A DNA stretch of 64,000 nucleotides, taken from positions 488 through 64,487 of the forward strand of contig JACKPD010000014.1 of the NCBI GenBank assembly GCA_024233785.1, written 5' to 3'. Positions 9,606 to 17,760 of this stretch are shown in pieces (positions within the stretch are counted from its first letter, which is position 1; every line of letters starts with the position of its first letter). A program made the translations under genes and the position numbers. This DNA comes from Spirochaetales bacterium (GTDB taxonomy: Bacteria > Spirochaetota > Spirochaetia > CADAEX01). The notes beneath the pieces are model-generated. The model was not told the origin of the DNA, ran no database searches, and saw only the letters and a program-made list of their open reading frames with translations.

Positions 9606-10979
9606 TCAGTAGTAACTGCCCTTTTCAACCTCACCTATTGCCTCTTCTATCGTACTGATGCACCACTCCATCTCATCCTTTGTAATCAGAAGGGAAGGCC
9701 TTAAGGTTATTATGTTGCTTTCAATAATCTTGAAAGCAAGCCCCTTTTCCATGCATTTGTACATTACCGCCTCAGCCTCATCAACTGCCCTCTCTTTTGT
9801 CACAGGGTTTTTAACAAGGTCGATACCGATGTGGCAGCCGACACCTGCGACATTGCCTATCATCGGGTGCCTTTCTTTAAGGCTGTTAAATCTTTCAATC
9901 GTATACTCTCCGATTTCAGCAGCATTCTCAACAAGAGCATGTTTTTCAAGATACTCAATCTCTGCAAGCCCTGCCGCGCTGCACAGCGGGTTTTTCTCAT
10001 GGGTATAGTGTCCGATCGATCTGCCGGAGAATATATCATATTCACCTCTTGCAACAATACCGGCAAAAGGGACGAGCCCGCCCCCGAACGATTTCCCGAG
10101 GACAAGGATGTCAGGCGTCACAAAGTGCTCGCAGGCAAACATCTTCCCTGTCCGGCCGAACCCTTCAATTATCTCATCAAAGATAAGGAGCGCACCGTAT
10201 TTATGCGCCATGTCCCGGACCCGTACCCAGTAATCACGGCTAGGCACAACAGGTGTCGCAGAAATGGGCTCTCCAAGCACGGCCGCAACGCCGGGTTCTC
10301 TTTTAAATATGATTTCCATCTGCCTTAAGCATTCGCTGTCAACCTCTTCCTCTGTTTTAAATCCCCAGGGATTTCTGTAGTAGTTGGGGAATTCAACCTT
10401 GAACGCGCCGGGGACCATCGGGCCGTAGCCTCCCTTGAAGTGCTCTTCCCCTCCCACGCTTGCCGCCTGATACCCTGCCCCGTGGAACGAGTCCCAGAAC
10501 GAGATTGTCCTGAAATTACCTGTAACCTGCTTGGCAAGTGTTATAGACATCTCTATCGCTTCTGACCCCCCGGGACAGAAGAGGGATTTCTCAAGGCCGG
10601 GAGGGGTGATTTCCGCGAGCTTTTCAGCGAATTTTATTGCCGGAACATTTGAAAACCGCCTCGGGGTAAAGCAGAGTTTTTCATCAAGCTGTTTTTTCAC
10701 AGCCTCAATTACCTCAGGGTTGCTGAAGCCCGCGTTGTGGACACCGTTGCCGTGCATGTCAATGTATTTTTTCCCTGTCATGTCATAGATATAAATACCG
10801 TCTGTTCTGCTTAATATGTTAAGGACAGGGGTGGACAGTGCCTGGTGGAAAAAATACTTTTTATCCTCCTCAAACCATTTTTCAGCTTCACTGTCAAAAT
10901 TCCTTTTCCAGTATTTTATTCTGCTCTTTCCCTGGTTTATATCGCCCTGTTCCCTGCTTACTTTATTTTCACTTTCCAT
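9606..10979 (-). CDS. Class-III (omega/acetylornithine-type) PLP aminotransferase
   Basis: 'LLIFDEIIEGFGRTGKMFA' and 'LGKSFGGGLVP' (PLP lysine region). The ATG at 10979 is preceded by GGGAGGA; the track ORF extends to 11018. Confidence 0.85.
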   Translation of the reverse strand: MESENKVSREQGDINQGKSRIKYWKRNFDSEAEKWFEEDKKYFFHQALSTPVLNILSRTDGIYIYDMTGKKYIDMHGNGVHNAGFSNPEVIEAVKKQLDEKLCFTPRRFSNVPAIKFAEKLAEITPPGLEKSLFCPGGSEAIEMSITLAKQVTGNFRTISFWDSFHGAGYQAASVGGEEHFKGGYGPMVPGAFKVEFPNYYRNPWGFKTEEEVDSECLRQMEIIFKREPGVAAVLGEPISATPVVPSRDYWVRVRDMAHKYGALLIFDEIIEGFGRTGKMFACEHFVTPDILVLGKSFGGGLVPFAGIVARGEYDIFSGRSIGHYTHEKNPLCSAAGLAEIEYLEKHALVENAAEIGEYTIERFNSLKERHPMIGNVAGVGCHIGIDLVKNPVTKERAVDEAEAVMYKCMEKGLAFKIIESNIITLRPSLLITKDEMEWCISTIEEAIGEVEKGSYY

Positions 10980-11135
10980 TTTTATCCTCCCGCTGCGGAA
11001 TTCAGATATACCATACAAATATTTTTAAAACCACTTATGACTCATGGAATATTTGATAAATTATTGTTATTTTAGTTCCTGATGGTAATAGCTTCCAGCA
11101 GTTCTTCCGGAAGTGAAACTGTCAGGGAGTGACTC

Positions 11136-11759
11136 TTGATTATAAAAAAATATACACTGGGCCCGGTTCAGGCCAACTGCTATCTCCTTGTCTGCAGCAA
11201 TACAAAAAAAGCCGCTTTAATAGACCCGGGAGACAGAAGCACAGAAATAGCTGAGCTTATATCAAAAGAAAAATATGAACTTTCTGTTATTATCAACACG
11301 CACGGCCACTTCGATCACATCGGCGGGAATAAATTTTTCTCCGGAGGAAAAGTACCGGTCGCTGCCCACAGGCTTGAATATGACCGGATAAAGAGGGGCG
11401 GCGACGCTGCAATGTTCGGGCTTGACTGTGATATTTCGCCTGATCCCTCTATTGACGCATCACAGACAGATACTATTTCCTTCGGCAGCGTAAATCTGAA
11501 GGTGCTGCACACTCCCGGGCATACACAGGGGCATATTTCCCTTTACCATAACGAATCAGCATCCCTTTTTTGCGGGGATGTACTTTTTTTCAGAAGCATA
11601 GGAAGGACAGACCTGCCCGGAGGCAGCCAGAAACAGCTGCTTGAATCGATCCGCAGTAAACTTTATACCCTTCCAGGCGCTACTGTAGTATATTCAGGAC
11701 ACGGACCGGAAACTTCTATAGAGGATGAGATAAAACACAATCCATGGACAGCGCAATAG
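11136..11759 (+). CDS. MBL-fold metallo-hydrolase (glyoxalase II-like)
   Basis: 'NTHGHFDHIGG' (HxHxDH) and 'LHTPGHTQGH'. TTG start with AGGGAG upstream. Confidence 0.85.
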   Translation: MIIKKYTLGPVQANCYLLVCSNTKKAALIDPGDRSTEIAELISKEKYELSVIINTHGHFDHIGGNKFFSGGKVPVAAHRLEYDRIKRGGDAAMFGLDCDISPDPSIDASQTDTISFGSVNLKVLHTPGHTQGHISLYHNESASLFCGDVLFFRSIGRTDLPGGSQKQLLESIRSKLYTLPGATVVYSGHGPETSIEDEIKHNPWTAQ

Positions 11760-11823
11760 AGGGCTGCTTTACTGCGGAATAATGTTTTATGGAGTTACGG
11801 CCCCGGGACTGACGGGCAATGAC

Positions 11824-11872
11824 TTACGGCTGTGGGCTGAGGAAGGAACGGCCGCCCCCGCCGTAATCTTTT
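11824..11872 (+). terminator. Possible rho-independent terminator after the MBL hydrolase gene
   Basis: 'ttacggc' (11824-11830) pairs with 'gccgtaa' (11860-11866) around a GC-rich 29-nt loop and is followed by 'tctttt'. The large loop makes this tentative. Confidence 0.35.
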
Positions 11873-11949
11873 AAAATAATAATTTTAATACTATAATTAA
11901 CTAAAGGCGGCCTGCCCGGCAGAAACCGCCCTGCACCAAGGAGTACATA

Positions 11950-12741
11950 ATGATTTTAAAATATCTGATGATTGGGGGATTTGTCGCCGCAATCATATTT
12001 CTCGCAAGGATTTACCCCAATCTCAAAAAAGCTAAATGGGAGAGGAAAATAATATCGGCAGGGTATCTAAGGGCAAGAAAACACTACGACCTTGCCGACG
12101 ACGTTATTTTAAAGGGGATCAGTGAAGAACCGTCGGTCTGGCAGCTCTATATAGATTTATTCAGGAATTATTCTACCCCCCGGGACATGAAAAAACTGTT
12201 TGATGCTGTTTCTTCGGGATTCAGCCTCACAGACCACCCCGGCATTGGAGCGGCAAAGGCATGGTGTCTCATTGAAGAAGGGGATTTTGATAAAGCGCTT
12301 GACATCCTTAACCGGGAAGATGTGCAGGACTACATGATTGAATATAACCTGCCGTACCTTTCAAGGCTTTATTTCAAGCAGGAAAAATACGCTGACTGCG
12401 AAAAAGCATTTTTATCCTTCTATAAAAAAATATACGGCGATGAAGAGGGGTCTGACGAGAAAAAACTCTTTGGGGACCTTTCGGCAGAAGAGATAATAAT
12501 CCTGCTCATGGCGAGGAGAAAGCTTGGAAAACCCTGGAAACCTGCCGCTAAAATCATCCCCGTAAAATCGCTCCATGAGGAAGATGACTGGACTGCTTAT
12601 TACGGAAATCTCCTTGAGGAAGAAAAAAAGCTTAAGGTTGATACCGGAATATACGGCCCGGCTGAGAATGTTTACAATTTACGAAAAAAGGAACTTGAGG
12701 AAAAAATTGAGACTGTAAAAGAGCTGCTGGGAATAAGATAA
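11950..12741 (+). CDS. Hypothetical membrane-anchored protein with a helical, TPR-like cytoplasmic domain
   Basis: N-terminal hydrophobic helix 'MILKYLMIGGFVAAIIFLA', then helical repeats ('GDFDKALDIL', 'YFKQEKYADCEKAF'). AAGGAG ribosome-binding site. I recognise no catalytic motif. Confidence 0.6.
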   Translation: MILKYLMIGGFVAAIIFLARIYPNLKKAKWERKIISAGYLRARKHYDLADDVILKGISEEPSVWQLYIDLFRNYSTPRDMKKLFDAVSSGFSLTDHPGIGAAKAWCLIEEGDFDKALDILNREDVQDYMIEYNLPYLSRLYFKQEKYADCEKAFLSFYKKIYGDEEGSDEKKLFGDLSAEEIIILLMARRKLGKPWKPAAKIIPVKSLHEEDDWTAYYGNLLEEEKKLKVDTGIYGPAENVYNLRKKELEEKIETVKELLGIR

Positions 12742-12756
12742 TTTCCCGAAGAAAAT

Positions 12757-12795
12757 ATCCTGTGGATCTTATCCTGTGGATCGTATCCTTTGGAC
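12757..12795. repeat. Three tandem 14-bp units, each containing the palindrome ATCC-N3-GGAT
   Basis: ATCCTGTGGAT at 12757-12767 and 12771-12781 (both perfect), and ATCCTTTGGAC at 12785-12795 (degenerate). They lie in the 81-bp spacer between gene 11950..12741 and the GAAGGAGGAG ribosome-binding site of gene 12823. Confidence 0.9.
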
Positions 12796-12822
12796 AGGGT
12801 TCCGTGAAGGAGGAGGGTTTTT

Positions 12823-13362
12823 ATGTTTTTAAAATGGATTATTAACAGTTTTGCGGCATTGAATGCCAACAACAGGCCTGGAGAAATTGCAGCAGCTATG
12901 GCGCTCGGTATAACGCTTGCAATGATTCCGGCAGGAAATCTTACATGGTTTGTCCTGCTCGGCCTTACATTCTTCCTGAAAATAAATTTCGGGGTAGAAA
13001 TGATTCTGATTGCCCTAATAAAGCCGCTGGCATCATTTGCCGATCCTCTCTTCGATGCTGTCGGGTACAAAATACTTACTGCCGGAAGCCTTGAGGGTCT
13101 TTTTACAAAGCTGTACAACACACCTCTTATTCCCTATACGGATTTCAACAATACGGCTGTTGCCGGAAGCATTATTGTAATGGCAGTTCTTTTTGTCCCT
13201 CTCTGGATAGGGTGCAGGAAGCTGATTGCGCTTTACAGGACAAAACTGAGAGACAGGTTTTTATCAAGCAATATTGTCAGAAAAATAGCGGCGCTGCCAA
13301 TTGTATCCAAAACTGTAATGCTGGTAACAAAAGCAAACAAACTGCGGAACTTCAGGGGGTAA
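12823..13362 (+). CDS. Small polytopic membrane protein, TIGR03546-like / DUF2062-like (function unknown)
   Basis: 179 aa. 'RPGEIAAAMALGITLAMIPAGNLTWFVLLGLTFFL' plus further TM helices. Sits immediately upstream (4-nt gap) of a large TIGR03545-like gene, which is the pairing I remember for this family. Family assignment is from memory only. Confidence 0.6.
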   Translation: MFLKWIINSFAALNANNRPGEIAAAMALGITLAMIPAGNLTWFVLLGLTFFLKINFGVEMILIALIKPLASFADPLFDAVGYKILTAGSLEGLFTKLYNTPLIPYTDFNNTAVAGSIIVMAVLFVPLWIGCRKLIALYRTKLRDRFLSSNIVRKIAALPIVSKTVMLVTKANKLRNFRG

Positions 13363-13366
13363 TGAT

Positions 13367-15349
13367 ATGGCAGCCGGACTTAAAAAATTTTATAAGAAAA
13401 GTTATACAGTAAAGAAATTTGAAAAAAAGATTCTCGGGAAACTCTTTCTTAAGGACGAAAGGGAACTCATCCTTTCTGTCTACGGGAAAAAAGAGGACTC
13501 GTATGTTCTTACAGAACCTGACAACCCGGATACCATAAAAAAGCTCAACAAACTGATTTCAGTTATTAAAAAGAATTCCGGCGCTCTCGGGATCGGTAAA
13601 ATAGGGTCTCTTGCCGCGCTGGTAATCTCATTTACTGTTTTTACAGTATTTTTCCAGAATCCTCTTGCGGAAAAAGGGATGGAAAAGGGGCTCGAAAAAA
13701 TTTTCAAGGCAGAGTCTGAGGTCACGGGCCTCCGATTAAGCCTGTTCTCCGGATTGATCAGGTATAAATCAATGCAGGTTGCGGACAGGGAGGACCCTGA
13801 AAGAAATCTTTTCCAGACAGGCGAGGCGGTAATTGACCTTGATATGTCTGAAATACTCAAAGGCAAATTCGCCGCGGAAGAAATAAAACTTGAGGATTTT
13901 GCCATGGGAGAGAAAAGGGCCGTAAGGGCAAAAGCACTCGCAGGAACTGTAAAAAAGGAAAAAGCTGATTCCGGGCCTGCCTCATCAGATATATTAAAGG
14001 ATACTGTTGCAGCTGCCGGCAGGCTGCCGGACAACCTGATTCCGGACAGGGAGACAGTAAAAAAAGTAATCAGTGAAAATACAGATAAGCTTTCAGCTCC
14101 GAAAGCGGCGGAAAAAATTGCAGCTGACCTTAAAGGCGGCGCTGAAAATATAAGGTCAGGGATTAATAAAACTGAAAGCGATATCAAACAGCTGGAAAAG
14201 GATGTAAATGAAATTTCATCTGCCAGGCTATCCTCAAAGCTTGATTTAGCCGGTGCCAAAAAAATTGCAGACAGGATTAAATCAGCATCCTCAAGAGTTT
14301 CATCACTATCAGCCAATATTGCCTCTTCCCGCAAAGAAATCGACAATCTCAAAAAAACAGCGGCAGACGGGAAAAAGAACCTGGAAAAAGCTGTTTCAGG
14401 CGATATTGAATATATCATCTCCCTGTTCCCGGGAAAAGGGTCTTTCTCTGTCTCCTCATTTGCCCGTCCGCTTGTACAGGAAAAGCTTGACCCGTTCATG
14501 AAAAAATACGGTAATGCATATGAAATATTTTTAAAAATAAAAGAGTCGGGAGATAAAAAGAAAGCTGAATCCGCACCTCCTGCATCTGAAGTAAAGAGGG
14601 GCCGTGATATTAGATATACGGTTTACGGGTCCCCCTCACTGCATATCAGGAAAGTTTCAGGTTCGTTTTTTACTGACGGCAACAGGCATTCTCTTGAGAT
14701 AAGGGATATTACAAACAATCAGGAGCTTGCTGGAAAACCCCTTGTTTTTATGGTCAGGTCAGGTATTGATAATATCGAGACTGAAGCTGAAGGTTTTTTT
14801 GACACAAGAAAATCCGCCGCTGATTTTTCAGGTATTAAAATTGCTGTTAAAGGAGGTAAATTATCAAACCTCTCCTTTCTCTCTCCCGCAGGTATAGATA
14901 AACTGAGCGCGGATATGGATATCGCAGCAGCTGCCGCTATTTCCGCGGATAAGAATTTTAAAGGGACAGCAGGTATTTCACTTGAAAAGTTCAGGATGAA
15001 TACAACCTCGCAGACAGGTAAAATAATTTCAGGAATTATTGAAAAGGAAAACAGGATAGATTTCCAGGCGGTATTTTCTTCAGGCGGAGGAGATGTTTCT
15101 CTTAAGATAAAAAGCTCGCTTGATAATCTGATTGCAAAGGCTGTATCGCCTGAAAAAATCGCGGCAGATGTAAAATCCTATGCGGTGGAAGAACTTGCGG
15201 CGGTATTAAAGGAGAAATCAGGTTTACAGGAAGATGCGGAAAGGCAGATAGAAGAACTTACCGGAAAGATCGGATCACTTGAGAAGGCGATTAATGAGCA
15301 GAAAAAAGAGCTTGAACAGAAACTTAAATCACTTCCTATAAAGCTGTGA
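13367..15349 (+). CDS. Large N-terminally anchored envelope protein, TIGR03545-like / AsmA-like (function unknown)
   Basis: 660 aa. One TM helix ('IGSLAALVISFTVFTVFF'), then 'VTGLRLSLFSGLIRYKSMQVAD...AVIDLDMSEILKGKFAAEEIKLEDF' (AsmA/DUF748-style N-terminal repeat), a coiled-coil middle and a C-terminal coiled coil. The antisense 339-aa ORF is a low-complexity shadow. Confidence 0.6.
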   Translation: MAAGLKKFYKKSYTVKKFEKKILGKLFLKDERELILSVYGKKEDSYVLTEPDNPDTIKKLNKLISVIKKNSGALGIGKIGSLAALVISFTVFTVFFQNPLAEKGMEKGLEKIFKAESEVTGLRLSLFSGLIRYKSMQVADREDPERNLFQTGEAVIDLDMSEILKGKFAAEEIKLEDFAMGEKRAVRAKALAGTVKKEKADSGPASSDILKDTVAAAGRLPDNLIPDRETVKKVISENTDKLSAPKAAEKIAADLKGGAENIRSGINKTESDIKQLEKDVNEISSARLSSKLDLAGAKKIADRIKSASSRVSSLSANIASSRKEIDNLKKTAADGKKNLEKAVSGDIEYIISLFPGKGSFSVSSFARPLVQEKLDPFMKKYGNAYEIFLKIKESGDKKKAESAPPASEVKRGRDIRYTVYGSPSLHIRKVSGSFFTDGNRHSLEIRDITNNQELAGKPLVFMVRSGIDNIETEAEGFFDTRKSAADFSGIKIAVKGGKLSNLSFLSPAGIDKLSADMDIAAAAAISADKNFKGTAGISLEKFRMNTTSQTGKIISGIIEKENRIDFQAVFSSGGGDVSLKIKSSLDNLIAKAVSPEKIAADVKSYAVEELAAVLKEKSGLQEDAERQIEELTGKIGSLEKAINEQKKELEQKLKSLPIKL

Positions 15350-15372
15350 CAGTATAATTAAAGGCGCAGAAT

Positions 15373-15405
15373 AAAACCGTATCATCACAGATGGTACGGT
15401 TTTTT
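15373..15405. terminator. Bidirectional rho-independent terminator between convergent genes
   Basis: 'aaaaccgta' (15373-15381) pairs with 'tacggtttt' (15395-15403). There is a T-run on the plus strand and 'ttttatt' on the minus strand. Overlaps the stop codon of the histidine kinase gene. Confidence 0.7.
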
Positions 15406-16753
15406 ATATATCTTTGAGTGATATTCTGAAAACAGTTCCTGTTTTCCCCTCCCCTGATGCGGCGGCGACGCTGACATCCCATCCATGACTCTGAAATATT
15501 GATTTGGATGTTGAGAGGCCAAGCCCCATCCCGGGTTCCCTTCTTGAGCCGCTGCCCCGGTAAAAGGGCTCAAAAATATATTTTATATCTTTTTCATCAA
15601 TACCTTTACCGTTATCCGCTATTTCTATCACGGGCTTGTCCTTTTCCATTGAACAGCGAAGGCTTATTACCGCGCCGTCAAATGTATAGCGTAGAGCATT
15701 GGTAAAATGGTTTTCAAGCGCCCTTTCAAAAAGTACAGGATCGCACGATATTTCATATTCTTCGGGGATTGTATTTTCATATATAAATTTCCTTCCCAGT
15801 ATCTCGCAGTCTTCCCTGTAAATTATACTAAGGGAATCAAGAAATGCTTTAAGGGGAATGGTTTTTCTTTTCAGCTGCCACTCTCCTGTTTCCATTCCCG
15901 CAAAATCGATAAGGTCGGATATCCTTTTTTCAAGCGCGCCGGCTTTTTCGGAAATTATCCCGAGATATTTTTTCTGGGTTTCAGTATCGGAAGCCAGACC
16001 GTCGCTTATTGCCTCAAGATATCCCTTTATACTTGTAAGGGGCGTCTTAAGATCATGGGATACTGCCATCAGGAATCTGGATTTTCTTGCATGGTCATCC
16101 TTAAGTGTCTCTCTCATCTTCTCAAAAGAGGCCGACAGCGCTGAGAATTCATCGCTGCCTTTTACCTCAAGCTTAAAATCAAGGTTACCGTCAGCAATTT
16201 TTTTCACCGCGGACTCAAGTCTGTTTACAGATTTTAATATTGAACCGATAAATAAAGATCCCAGGATTGTACCGGCTGCAATAATAAAGAAAGTGAACTG
16301 AAGTGTTTTTATCAGGATAAAAAACTTCTCCTTTTCAAGCTCGGGGGGAATCCGGCTGTATATAAGAAAAAAATGCCATTTTTTCCCGTCAATAATAAAA
16401 CTTTCATTTATTGATTTACTGTCTCTCCCTTTAATGCTCTCATAGAATTTCGGGAAAATTATACTGAAATAAGATCCCGGGGGGATCAGGGAGATATTCG
16501 AATAAGTTACAAATCCTCTCTCGTTTATAAGACAAAGCTCTATCCCCTCAGGGATTTTAAGGTCTTCCGTCCTCATCCTGTAAACCGAGGGATAGAATTC
16601 CATTTCAATCCACTTGGAAATTATGAATCTCTGTTCAATCGCGGAATTGTCCAGATTTATATGATGGTTGATAAGATATACCGAGAATGAAAAAACCAGC
16701 GGGATAATCGCAAAACCTGTAATCACTGCGAAAGTTTTTGTCCGTAATGTCAA
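15404..16753 (-). CDS. Sensor histidine kinase (two TM helices, periplasmic domain, HAMP, HisKA, HATPase_c)
   Basis: H-box 'AVSHDLKTPLTSIKGYLE', 'NALRYT', 'IADNGKGI' and 'GMGLGLS'. HAMP-like 'VKKIADGNLDFKLEV'. Confidence 0.9.
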   Translation of the reverse strand: MTLRTKTFAVITGFAIIPLVFSFSVYLINHHINLDNSAIEQRFIISKWIEMEFYPSVYRMRTEDLKIPEGIELCLINERGFVTYSNISLIPPGSYFSIIFPKFYESIKGRDSKSINESFIIDGKKWHFFLIYSRIPPELEKEKFFILIKTLQFTFFIIAAGTILGSLFIGSILKSVNRLESAVKKIADGNLDFKLEVKGSDEFSALSASFEKMRETLKDDHARKSRFLMAVSHDLKTPLTSIKGYLEAISDGLASDTETQKKYLGIISEKAGALEKRISDLIDFAGMETGEWQLKRKTIPLKAFLDSLSIIYREDCEILGRKFIYENTIPEEYEISCDPVLFERALENHFTNALRYTFDGAVISLRCSMEKDKPVIEIADNGKGIDEKDIKYIFEPFYRGSGSRREPGMGLGLSTSKSIFQSHGWDVSVAAASGEGKTGTVFRISLKDI

Positions 16754-17451
16754 GAGATTAATTCCTTTCTGATTTTATATCCCAGGCTGTGTACCGTCTC
16801 TATCAGCTGAGGTCTTGAAGGGTCTTTTTCAAGTTTTTTTCTAAGCCGCTGAATATGGACCGCAACAGTAGTAAGGTCTCCGAAATTATTACCCCATACC
16901 GCGCTGTATATTTCCTCCGGTGTCCTGGGTTCTCCGGGATTTTCAAGAAGATAAACAAGCACTTCGAACTCCCGGGGAGAAATGGGGATTCTGGTATCTC
17001 CTTTTTTCAAGAGGTAGGCATCTTTTTCGACAATGTATTCCGAGAGCCTTATAATGTTCCTGCCTGATTTTTCTCCCTCATCAGAGAGCATATAACGCCT
17101 TAAATTGGCCCGTACACGGGCAGCCAGGACCTTGGGGGAAAAGGGTTTTGTAACATAGTCATCAGCCCCAATCCCGAGTCCGAGAATCATATCCGCGTCA
17201 TCCTCCCTGGCGGAAACAATAACAACCGGAATGGAATATTCTTTCCTCAGCGCCTGGAGGAATTCAAACCCGTCCATTCCGGGAAGATTGATATCAAGCA
17301 CGATAATATCAATTTTACCGTTTTCAACCAGCTCAAGGCCCTTCTCTGCCGTGTCGGAATGAAGTACGCAGAATCCCTCATTCTCAAGATAAAGTTTTAT
17401 TAATTCCGCGATATCATGCTCATCTTCAATAATCAGGACTGAAGCTTTCAT
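16750..17451 (-). CDS. OmpR-family response regulator
   Basis: Receiver 'VLIIEDEHD...DIIVLDINLPGMDG...YVTKPF'. Winged-helix 'EFEVLVYLLENPG...VAVHIQRLRKKLE...IETVHSLGYK'. Overlaps the kinase gene by 4 nt. Confidence 0.9.
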   Translation of the reverse strand: MKASVLIIEDEHDIAELIKLYLENEGFCVLHSDTAEKGLELVENGKIDIIVLDINLPGMDGFEFLQALRKEYSIPVVIVSAREDDADMILGLGIGADDYVTKPFSPKVLAARVRANLRRYMLSDEGEKSGRNIIRLSEYIVEKDAYLLKKGDTRIPISPREFEVLVYLLENPGEPRTPEEIYSAVWGNNFGDLTTVAVHIQRLRKKLEKDPSRPQLIETVHSLGYKIRKELIS

Positions 17452-17475
17452 CTATAACACCTTTATTGCACCTTA

Positions 17476-17760
17476 TTATCCGGGCAGGCAGCCGACTTCA
17501 AAATACTTAATCCCCTCATCGGTAAATTTCTGCTTGAAGTCCATGATGAGGCTCTTAAGTTTTCCGGCTTCCCCCTCATCAGTATATATTATCAGCATAA
17601 AATTATCTTCCGGCCATACGCTAGTCCCCATTTTGGGATTAGTATTTCCCTTTCCATGTACAACCGGTATTTTCGTGTAGGCGGTAATACCTGATTTTTC
17701 AAGTATTTCCATTATGTAATCCTCTACCGAATGGTTTGCGATTATCTCAATTCTTTTCAC
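17476..17760 (-). CDS. Small PII-like (GlnB/CutA-fold-like) protein linked to the RND pump
   Basis: 94 aa. 'MKRIEIIANHSVEDYIMEILEKSGITAYTKIPVVHGKGN...' has the beta-alpha-beta start and the 'GxG' loop position of PII-like proteins. Its start overlaps the RND gene stop by 4 nt (17757-17760). The fold call is an inference from sequence pattern. Confidence 0.55.
   Translation of the reverse strand: MKRIEIIANHSVEDYIMEILEKSGITAYTKIPVVHGKGNTNPKMGTSVWPEDNFMLIIYTDEGEAGKLKSLIMDFKQKFTDEGIKYFEVGCLPG

Noticed and set aside
13480-14499. 339-aa minus-strand ORF antisense to the TIGR03545-like gene
   Set aside because: It has Ser/Phe/Leu-rich low-complexity composition, typical of a shadow frame opposite a Lys/Glu/Ala-rich gene. 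The plus-strand ORF is twice as long, has a ribosome-binding-site context and a sensible TM and domain layout. The same reasoning applies to other long antisense ORFs (3801..4376, 8236..8829, 18739..19377, 30835..31314, 35823..36311).
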